Virus record (IMG/VR): IMGVR_UViG_3300042887_001883
Span: 10,198-74,197 of that record
Reading direction: 5' to 3' (one strand)
DNA: 64,000 nucleotides
Source: a virus
Under the pieces are notes generated by a model that did no database searches, was not told the origin of the DNA, and saw nothing but the letters and a program-made list of their open reading frames with translations. The number at the start of each line of letters is the position of its first letter. Within the stretch, counting starts at the first letter, position 1. Below, piece by piece: positions 10,237 through 18,327 of this stretch. The position numbers were made by a program, and so were the translations under genes.

Positions 10237-11111
10237 CATATAATTTGAAAAAAACGGCATCCACATCAACTGATTATGTTGTTGCTAATCATAAATTAAA
10301 TACAGATACTATGTTATCGTTTGTTGGTAAATCCTATGTTGGATATGGTGATGAATTACAACAAAATACGTTAGATTTGTTGTGTAATTTCCATACCCAA
10401 TTCGATGATTATTCCAAAGCTATTCCTGGCCAATTAATCTACGATGGTACTAATTTAAAATTATGTACTGGGGATAAGTCTTTTGTTAATTTATTATTAC
10501 TACCGTGTGATAAAGCCGTAAATAGTGCTCCTACTGGTACCGTTACAATATCCGGTAGTTTAAGAGTTGGTGAAGTATTGACTGCTTCTAACACCATTAA
10601 TGATGCTGATGGAATAGAAGGAAGTATAATATATGATTGGTTCTTAAATGGTTCAACTGTTGGAACTGGGAACACGTATACTCCATTGGCTACTGGTGCG
10701 GTAATAGTAAAAGCATCGTATAAAGATGGTTTAAGTAATTCTCAATCTGTTAATAGTGCCCCTAGAACTGTTGCCGCAGCAAATAATAAACTCACTTGGA
10801 CCATTACCTCTCCATTTGAAGAAACTGCTGCTAATGATGGGACTATTATGGGTGAATTAACCATTAATGCACATAATTGTACCTTTAGTAGTACGTATCC
10901 ATATAATGCATCTATCGGTAAAAGTGCATTATTGCGTCTTACTGGGGTGGTAGATGTTATGGAAAATCCTATTACTATATCCACCGTAGATTCAACTATT
11001 GTTTCCAAAACATCAACACAATTAGTGGTAAAAGTCATTTTTAAAACAAATAGTAACTATGATTTTACTAACGGTACATTTATATTAACCACCGATGCAG
11101 TAGGATATTAA
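10233..11111 (+). CDS. Fibre protein, N-terminal part (shared module + Ig-like repeats); possibly continuous with 11115-12560
   Basis: LSFVGKSYVGYG..LQQN..LLCNF..GQLIYD; NSAPTGTVTISG..LTASNTINDADG repeat; stop in frame with next ORF. Confidence 0.7.
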   Translation: MTYNLKKTASTSTDYVVANHKLNTDTMLSFVGKSYVGYGDELQQNTLDLLCNFHTQFDDYSKAIPGQLIYDGTNLKLCTGDKSFVNLLLLPCDKAVNSAPTGTVTISGSLRVGEVLTASNTINDADGIEGSIIYDWFLNGSTVGTGNTYTPLATGAVIVKASYKDGLSNSQSVNSAPRTVAAANNKLTWTITSPFEETAANDGTIMGELTINAHNCTFSSTYPYNASIGKSALLRLTGVVDVMENPITISTVDSTIVSKTSTQLVVKVIFKTNSNYDFTNGTFILTTDAVGY

Positions 11112-11114
11112 ATA

Positions 11115-12560
11115 ATGGCGACTCTAACATTGGCTGAACGTACTTTTACTATTGGTGATAATTTCGTATCTATGGTAGATGATTCAATTACCGATACCAC
11201 TGGGACAGATACCACTGGGACAGATACCACTGGTACGGGAACTACTGGTACGGGAACTACTGCTGATGCAGTAAAAGTGACAGAATTAATAATATCTGGT
11301 ACTGGGGAAGTTGGAAAAAAATTAACATCTAATGCTACCAATCTTTATGATAAAGATGGTATTGGGTCTCTGACTTATCAGTGGAAGATTCAAGGGACTG
11401 ATATTCCAAAGGCTACGAAAGAAACATATACCATAACAAAAACAGATTATGGAAAATCTATTACTTTAAAAGTTTCATATACTAATCTATATGGTAAAGT
11501 AGTTAAAGAAAGTAATACCATTATAGCATTGATTTTCACCTCAACCCCAACATCTACTACACTAACTAACCAATTAAAAATTTCTGGTGTTCCAGAAATA
11601 GGGAAAGTTTTAACTGCCGATGTCACCCAATTATATGACCAGTTTGACATGGGTCCACTTACCTATCAATGGCAAGCTCAAGGCGTTAATATTCTAAATG
11701 CTACAAAAAAAACATATACCATAGTAAAAGCAGATTATGGGAAAACTATTAAATTAAAAGTTTCATATATGAATAAAAAAGCAATTACGGTGGTTAAAGA
11801 AAGTAATGAACTGGTAGTAATGCATGGTACGTTTATTAATGATATTGTTGAATTTAAATTATCATGGGAAACATTATTTGTTCCTAAAACTATTTTACCA
11901 AAAAATACAACAACTTATGAAAAATTAGATGCCATATTGTTGGTTTATGATATTACTGGTAACCTTATTAAACAAATCAAATCATCAGATTCTACTTTAT
12001 TAACAACAAAAACATCTACATTGGATTCAGTTGGTTCATTACCAACGTATGCTACTACTGATAAGGATAATAACGTAAAATCAAGTGTTATTACATACCA
12101 GGTTGATTTTTCAAAATTAGATAAAAAATATAATAAATTAGTATATTGTGTATGCGAAGTTACCACTCCACCTAACGTATCTATTGCCCCAACCGATTTA
12201 TATCCAAGAGTGAATTGGGCAGATTCTGCAGATTTAACCAAAAAAATATCAATTCTAGGTACAGTATCACCATTTAAAACAGTATTCAATAATAAAGGAT
12301 TGTTTGTATTAGATATCAATACCTTAGGTACTACTAAATACCCAAAATCAATAATATCATTTGGTGAAGAAGCTAGAATACATTCCGCCAGTACAGATAC
12401 TAAAGAACGATTATGCGTTTTTTGTGTTTTCACTCGGTCACCAGATAATAATGGTTGGTATGTGGAAAAACAATATAAATTAAAAACACAATTGAAAGGT
12501 GTTAAACCTTTAGATTATTTGGTACCACCACTTTCAAAATATACAGATTTGGGGATATAA
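11115..12560 (+). CDS. Fibre protein, C-terminal part: DTTGT linker, two Ig-like repeats, divergent TerD-like domain
   Basis: ISGTGEVGKKLT..DKDGIGSLTYQW repeats; KLSW..LDAILLVYD..VDFSKL..VFTRSPDNNGW. Confidence 0.65.
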   Translation: MATLTLAERTFTIGDNFVSMVDDSITDTTGTDTTGTDTTGTGTTGTGTTADAVKVTELIISGTGEVGKKLTSNATNLYDKDGIGSLTYQWKIQGTDIPKATKETYTITKTDYGKSITLKVSYTNLYGKVVKESNTIIALIFTSTPTSTTLTNQLKISGVPEIGKVLTADVTQLYDQFDMGPLTYQWQAQGVNILNATKKTYTIVKADYGKTIKLKVSYMNKKAITVVKESNELVVMHGTFINDIVEFKLSWETLFVPKTILPKNTTTYEKLDAILLVYDITGNLIKQIKSSDSTLLTTKTSTLDSVGSLPTYATTDKDNNVKSSVITYQVDFSKLDKKYNKLVYCVCEVTTPPNVSIAPTDLYPRVNWADSADLTKKISILGTVSPFKTVFNNKGLFVLDINTLGTTKYPKSIISFGEEARIHSASTDTKERLCVFCVFTRSPDNNGWYVEKQYKLKTQLKGVKPLDYLVPPLSKYTDLGI

Positions 12561-14359
12561 TGAGCAATTATGACATTTATAAAACAGATGGTGTAACAAA
12601 ATATACTATTCCAGAAAAAAGTTTCAATAATGAAACTGACGTTACTTTTATTGGTAATAATGCGCAAAAATATGGTGAAGCATTACAGCAAAATTTTATT
12701 AATTTATTAACTAATTTTTATGCATTACAAATAGATTTACAACCTGCATCATCACCATCATTGTATAAAGCTAAAGCCATACCAGGACAAATGATATATG
12801 ATAGTAGTTTAACTTTATTATTATGTACCGAACCGTCCCCAAATGGTACCGATAGTGCAGTATTTTCAAAATTAGCATTATTACCATGTTCGGCATATAT
12901 ACAATTTGAAAATAAAAATTTATCAGAAAACAAATACATTGAGGGGCAACTATCAGGATATATTCTAGTTACTTCGGGAAATTGTCATTTTAAAAAAAAT
13001 ATAGCTTCCTTGCCAATTTCAGATATTCTAAGAATAGCTAACTTAAAAAATTCTAATAATATTGAAATTACTGGGATAACACCCGTTATAAATTATATTG
13101 ATGCTACTCATATTGCTATTACGTTTTCTGGTACCGCAAATGCAACAGATGCGGATATAAATTCGGGTTCTATTTCTATATTACCATCAGCATTAAAAGA
13201 ATTTTATTCACCATCATTACAATCTAATTCATATAGTTTCCGTGTCCTACCAATACCATTTTTCTCTAGTACTCTATCATCATATGTATATCCTAATGTT
13301 AATGAATTCGAACAATACAATACATTACAACATATTGATTTGAGTGGATATGAAATTTTTGTAAACTTAGTAGATGGTGCTGGTTTTTATATTAGTAAAT
13401 ATATTATAGTTAATACTACAGATGATAAAATTTGTGATATTAATACTTTATATTCCTTACCATCTGGGTCGTATACATTCTTTAAAGGACTACAATCACA
13501 TGTTGGTACTACCGAATTTAAATATAGACTTATTACCTATTCTACTACCATGGCCGGAGTTTTTACAGATACTTCCACTGGTAAAAATACTATAATCGAA
13601 TATAATATTGTATCAAATAAGTTAACTGCAACATTAAAAGCATTACCGACAGCTTGTCAAGATACTGCAAATTCAAAAATTGTGTTCTTATTAACGCAAA
13701 ATCTAGTAGTTAGAGTTGATTTTGAAAATAAAATATATGTCCATAATTTAGGAAATGGTAATGTAACTACGGTGGGGTATTATTATAGTCCAGATATGTC
13801 TGATGCCTCACAACAATACAACCTAGTTGATATTTTCTATATTAATAATGCGGTATACTATGTTTGGGGATATGATGGTAAAATTAATATTACTAATTCT
13901 ACTACAAGTACTAAACTATTACCTAATGATATTGAAATTCTTAAAACCTCAAAATATGATACCTATTTCTATAATAATCCTTTTGGTACAGCATTAGCAG
14001 CATCTTCAACATATATTTCATTCTGTGGAATATCTGATTCTAATATTGTAGCTTATAAATTTGATGGTACTACATTATCAAATCGCACTATTGGTACAAA
14101 GGCATCATTTGGGACTACGGTATATTGTGAAGATGTTATAATTGATACTGATATACATTATATTATTAAAGGTACCATAGTATCGGATGTAACAGTTAAT
14201 ACTGCATTATCATCTCATACGGTAACTGAATTATCACCAAATATTCCTAAAGTTACATATACTGTATTAAATGGTACTACTGCTCTTGGAGCAACGTCTA
14301 ACATTTGTAAATATTTCTATTATAATAAAAAATATTTGTTAAATCTTAATAATACTTAA
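12560..14359 (+). CDS. Fibre/appendage protein with shared N-terminal module
   Basis: VTFIGNNAQKYGEALQQN..LLTNF..GQMIYD; C-terminal half loosely resembles 4882-6726. Confidence 0.7.
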   Translation: MSNYDIYKTDGVTKYTIPEKSFNNETDVTFIGNNAQKYGEALQQNFINLLTNFYALQIDLQPASSPSLYKAKAIPGQMIYDSSLTLLLCTEPSPNGTDSAVFSKLALLPCSAYIQFENKNLSENKYIEGQLSGYILVTSGNCHFKKNIASLPISDILRIANLKNSNNIEITGITPVINYIDATHIAITFSGTANATDADINSGSISILPSALKEFYSPSLQSNSYSFRVLPIPFFSSTLSSYVYPNVNEFEQYNTLQHIDLSGYEIFVNLVDGAGFYISKYIIVNTTDDKICDINTLYSLPSGSYTFFKGLQSHVGTTEFKYRLITYSTTMAGVFTDTSTGKNTIIEYNIVSNKLTATLKALPTACQDTANSKIVFLLTQNLVVRVDFENKIYVHNLGNGNVTTVGYYYSPDMSDASQQYNLVDIFYINNAVYYVWGYDGKINITNSTTSTKLLPNDIEILKTSKYDTYFYNNPFGTALAASSTYISFCGISDSNIVAYKFDGTTLSNRTIGTKASFGTTVYCEDVIIDTDIHYIIKGTIVSDVTVNTALSSHTVTELSPNIPKVTYTVLNGTTALGATSNICKYFYYNKKYLLNLNNT

Positions 14360-14360
14360 T

Positions 14361-14391
14361 AAAAAAAGCCACCCGAAGGGTGGCTTTTTTT
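14361..14391. terminator. Bidirectional intrinsic terminator
   Basis: A7-GCCACCC-GAA-GGGTGGC-T7 between convergent genes. Confidence 0.9.
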
Positions 14392-14668
14392 ATCGTACTG
14401 TAAATTTCTTATTACAGAATTTACATTCTACATAATCATCATATTCTACTAAATGGTCGAGAGGATGGATACATTCATCGACCATAGTTTTACGTAACAC
14501 CGAAATTTCATCAAATATTGGTATTCTTTTCTTATCAATTTCAGTAATTTCTTCAGCATATGCATTAACGGTTTCAATCAATTTTTGCATATTTTCATAT
14601 TTTCGTAACCATGAATTTTTATCAGAAATATTTGTAAATCCTGAAATAATTTTTTTATCAGATTTCAT
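14390..14668 (-). CDS. Small coiled-coil protein with C-terminal Zn-ribbon (CxH...CxxC)
   Basis: ECIHP...ECKFCNK; GGAG SD; own sigma70-like promoter. Confidence 0.75.
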   Translation of the reverse strand: MKSDKKIISGFTNISDKNSWLRKYENMQKLIETVNAYAEEITEIDKKRIPIFDEISVLRKTMVDECIHPLDHLVEYDDYVECKFCNKKFTVR

Positions 14669-14695
14669 TTTAAAATCTCCATATTATAAAAATTA

Positions 14696-14724
14696 ACTAT
14701 ACCACGATTAATAATATGTTGCAA
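14696..14724 (-). promoter_or_regulatory. sigma70-like promoter TTGCAA-N17-TATAGT with extended -10
   Basis: Read directly; 17-nt spacer; TGG before the -10 box. Confidence 0.65.
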
Positions 14725-14732
14725 TCATTTTG

Positions 14733-14740
14733 TATAAATA
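14733..14740 (+). promoter_or_regulatory. Late promoter TATAAATA
   Basis: Exact T4 late consensus 27 nt upstream of the lysozyme ATG. Confidence 0.6.
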
Positions 14741-14767
14741 TAGATTTTAATACGTTGGAAACATTTT

Positions 14768-15205
14768 ATGATTAATGAAGATTCTGAAAATTTAATAAAA
14801 TTCTTTGAAAGCTGTTCTTTAACTGCATATCAATGTCCGGCAAACATATGGACAATCGGTTGGGGTTCAACTAAGTATTCTAATGGTACCAAAGTTAAAA
14901 AGGGTGATAAAATTACCCAACAACAAGCAGATGAATTGTTTGATGTTATGATTAAAGAATTCGAAGCAGGTGTTAAAAAATTAGTAAAAGTTAAAATAAA
15001 TGAAAATCAATTAGGAGCATTAGTATCCTTTGCATATAATTGCGGTTTAGGTAATTTAGCATCTAGTACATTATTGAAAAAAATAAATGCCTCTGATTTT
15101 GATGGTGCAGATAATGAATTTAAAAAATGGAACAAAGGCGGTGGTAAAGTATTACCGGGATTAGTTAAAAGACGTTTGCAAGAAGCTGCTTTGTTTAACA
15201 AATAA
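14768..15205 (+). CDS. Lysozyme/endolysin, GH24 family
   Basis: FES..AYQCPANIWTIGWG (E-x8-C-x5-T), ALVSFAYNCG, WNKGGGKVLPGLVKRR. Confidence 0.95.
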   Translation: MINEDSENLIKFFESCSLTAYQCPANIWTIGWGSTKYSNGTKVKKGDKITQQQADELFDVMIKEFEAGVKKLVKVKINENQLGALVSFAYNCGLGNLASSTLLKKINASDFDGADNEFKKWNKGGGKVLPGLVKRRLQEAALFNK

Positions 15206-15211
15206 TATAAT

Positions 15212-17041
15212 ATGTCATATACCATTCGTCATTTCGATAAATCGAATACCACCCCAGCATTAGTGGTCAATGATAAAAAAACTGATAATGTTACTACCAC
15301 TTTATCATTTTATGGGGTAAATAGTGTTGATTTTGGTCAAGGATTAAATGAAAACTATTTACATTTGATGGAACATTTTTGTAATAAAGATATTGCTATT
15401 GCAAAATTAGTTCCTGGACAATTATGGTTTGATAAACCATTGAAAAAGATGAAAATATGGAATGGTAGTAGATGGCATATATTAAAAGAATATACTACAA
15501 ATAAATTACCAAAAGGATTTGTTACTATTGTAGGTAATATTGTTAATGGTTCTACTGTATCAACAGCAAATACGTTAGTTGATGAGGATGGTCTAGGAGA
15601 TTTTTCATATCAATGGTATTTGGATGCAGTTGCCATTAGAAATGCTACTGATGATACTTATAATATCGCATTATCAGATGTTGGGCATACTTTAGCCGTA
15701 TCATTGACCTATGTTGATGGTAATAATAATAAAGAAACCGTATATAGTAGACAATATCCAGTTAATGCGGCTGTTAATCATTTACCAACAGGTTCATTAA
15801 CCATTGATGGTGTTGTGGCAATTGGTGAATTATTGACAGCTACTATTAATAATATCGAAGATTCTGATGGTTTTATTGGTGGTAATTTTGGATGGTTGTT
15901 AAATGGTGTAGATATTTCTGGTGAAAATAACCCCACCTATACCATTCAACCCGGTGATGGTGGTGCAACACTAAAAGCAAAATACTATTTTGTGGATTTG
16001 AATAATAATAGTGAAACGGTATTTAGTAATGCAGTTGTGGTTCCATATGCAGTAACTACAACAACACAAGAGCCTACTACTACCACGACACAAGAGCCTA
16101 CTACCACAACTACATTACCTGGTGCCGCTGCATCTACTACCACAACCTCTACTACCACTACTGAAGTACCTACCACTACGACTACAACAGCTCGTCCAGA
16201 TACCTCGGAATTAGATGGTAAAATATCGTTATGTAATGCTATGGTCCCTGCATTAAAAGACCTGTGGTTTGAAGCAGTAACAGCTAGAATCACAACTGCA
16301 CAGAATCTAGCGGATATCGAAAAATCCAGTGGTGACGACATTAATACATTGTCTCGAAGAATTGCATTACGTAACGCAGATTCCACAGCTATTGCTAAAG
16401 TTAATTCAACATATGCTGCTTGGTTAAATGGTATAAATGCATGTATTCAAAATAAACAGGAGTTATTTAATCTTTTACAAAATAAATCATCGGCATTATC
16501 ATTAACTCAAGCATATCAAACTAAATTAGAAATATTAAAATCTTCTATTGATGCAGCAATTGCCGCATATGATATTTCGGTAAATGATTATAGTTCGCAA
16601 ATAGGAAAGAACACTAGTGATTACAATAGTACATTGGCCTCTCGACTGCAGTTGGAGTATTTAATAAATGATGCAGAGTCATTCGTTAATAAATATCAAA
16701 CAGCTTGGTCTACTACATTTACGAATGCAGCATCAGTACATTTAAACATAGTAGCTATAATAAATGATAACTCATCAGTATCTGCGGTTACTGCATTATC
16801 CCAATATAAAACCACTACTTTAAAAGATACTTACGATAAATTTAAAGCAATAAGTGATACGGCGGTGGCAAAATATGCATCGGTAGATGGTAATCGTAGT
16901 ATTGACTTAGCTGCTAGATTTCAGTGGGATAAGTTGGCTGAGGACACGTTGGTATTTACAAACGCCTCAAAAACTAAATGGTTTAATTCTATTACTGAGG
17001 GTGCCACCCTTAACTCAGATGCACAAGACCTATTAACCTAA
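15212..17041 (+). CDS. Fibre protein: shared module, two Ig-like repeats, Thr linker, alpha-helical C-terminal domain
   Basis: LSFYGVNSVDFG..LMEHFC..GQLWFD; NTLVDEDGLGDFSYQW; Ala/Leu-rich heptad-like tail. Confidence 0.7.
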   Translation: MSYTIRHFDKSNTTPALVVNDKKTDNVTTTLSFYGVNSVDFGQGLNENYLHLMEHFCNKDIAIAKLVPGQLWFDKPLKKMKIWNGSRWHILKEYTTNKLPKGFVTIVGNIVNGSTVSTANTLVDEDGLGDFSYQWYLDAVAIRNATDDTYNIALSDVGHTLAVSLTYVDGNNNKETVYSRQYPVNAAVNHLPTGSLTIDGVVAIGELLTATINNIEDSDGFIGGNFGWLLNGVDISGENNPTYTIQPGDGGATLKAKYYFVDLNNNSETVFSNAVVVPYAVTTTTQEPTTTTTQEPTTTTTLPGAAASTTTTSTTTTEVPTTTTTTARPDTSELDGKISLCNAMVPALKDLWFEAVTARITTAQNLADIEKSSGDDINTLSRRIALRNADSTAIAKVNSTYAAWLNGINACIQNKQELFNLLQNKSSALSLTQAYQTKLEILKSSIDAAIAAYDISVNDYSSQIGKNTSDYNSTLASRLQLEYLINDAESFVNKYQTAWSTTFTNAASVHLNIVAIINDNSSVSAVTALSQYKTTTLKDTYDKFKAISDTAVAKYASVDGNRSIDLAARFQWDKLAEDTLVFTNASKTKWFNSITEGATLNSDAQDLLT

Positions 17042-17053
17042 TGTTAAGTAAAT

Positions 17054-18325
17054 ATGACCAATTATAAAATAAAAAAATATAATGGTGTAGATGCTCCAAT
17101 TCCAGAATTGGTGGAGCATTCTAATACTGCTGATACGTCAACCAGCCTTACTTTTTATAGTAAAGGATATGATAATGGTTCTGCATTAAATACTAACATT
17201 TTGCGATTAATGGAACATTTCCATTCTTTAACAAAACCAACAAATCCAGTAATGGGACAATTATGGTTTGATGGTCTTAATAGAAAAATGGCAGTCTATA
17301 ATGGTAAGGTTTGGGATTATTTGAAATTTGGTGTTATTATACCAAAAGAATTACAGTGGACTGGTACATTATCACAAAATACCGTTGGTCAAGATTCTAC
17401 TATTTCTGGTACTATTACGGTAACAGCAACAGCATGTACATTTAACAACATATTATCTACTAATATTAATCAATCATTATCCGATTATATTATTACTGGT
17501 TCTATACCATCAGGACTATCATTAAACGTAACGTCGCATAATGTAATAGATAGTACTGTTGATATTACTGTATCTGGTACCGTTCCATCATCAACAACAT
17601 CATTTAATTTTAAAATAGCCTTTACCGCTAACGCATTTTCAGATGTTTTAGATATTTCAGAAGTATCTAATCCAGATAATACCATTGTTATTCCTATGGT
17701 ATATAATCCACCAACAACTACTTCTACTACGGCAGCACCGACGACTACTACAACCGTAGCTCCAACTACCACTACTACGGCTGCCCCTATTACTACCACT
17801 ACCACCGTAGCGGGAACTGTTCCATTAACTACGTTTAGTAGTATTAAACTTGGTGTAACTTGGGGTGGGGCAGTCGATTTAGATACCGTAGTAGCAGCAT
17901 ATGATGCTAATGGAGTCTGTACAGCCATGAAAACGGCAGTATCCCCAGCTACTATTGCTGGTGTTACATATGGTGGGGATATTACCACTGGTGGGATTGA
18001 AGAATACTACAATATTGATTTAACACAATTAACGTGTAGTAGATTGGTTCTAGGTATTTTGGAATATACTGATAATTCATTTACCAGTATGTCTAGTTTA
18101 TCTACTAGAATCGTAGATAATACCTCATCTACTAATATTGCCAACTTTAATTTAACTACTATTGCAAAAACTCCATCAAATACTCCTAATACCACATGTA
18201 TAGTTGGGGTATTTACAAAAACTGGTTCATCATGGAGCTTTGTATCTTATCAAAAATTGATAAATTCTCATAGTGGTAAACATGCCATTGTTGCTGGCGA
18301 TTTATATACTTCTTTAGGATTGTAA
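17054..18325 (+). CDS. Fibre protein: shared module, Ig-like domain, Thr linker, TerD-like domain
   Basis: LMEHF..PTNPVMGQLWFD; IKLGVTWGGAVDLD..GGDITTGGIEEYYNIDL. Confidence 0.72.
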   Translation: MTNYKIKKYNGVDAPIPELVEHSNTADTSTSLTFYSKGYDNGSALNTNILRLMEHFHSLTKPTNPVMGQLWFDGLNRKMAVYNGKVWDYLKFGVIIPKELQWTGTLSQNTVGQDSTISGTITVTATACTFNNILSTNINQSLSDYIITGSIPSGLSLNVTSHNVIDSTVDITVSGTVPSSTTSFNFKIAFTANAFSDVLDISEVSNPDNTIVIPMVYNPPTTTSTTAAPTTTTTVAPTTTTTAAPITTTTTVAGTVPLTTFSSIKLGVTWGGAVDLDTVVAAYDANGVCTAMKTAVSPATIAGVTYGGDITTGGIEEYYNIDLTQLTCSRLVLGILEYTDNSFTSMSSLSTRIVDNTSSTNIANFNLTTIAKTPSNTPNTTCIVGVFTKTGSSWSFVSYQKLINSHSGKHAIVAGDLYTSLGL

Positions 18326-18327
18326 TT

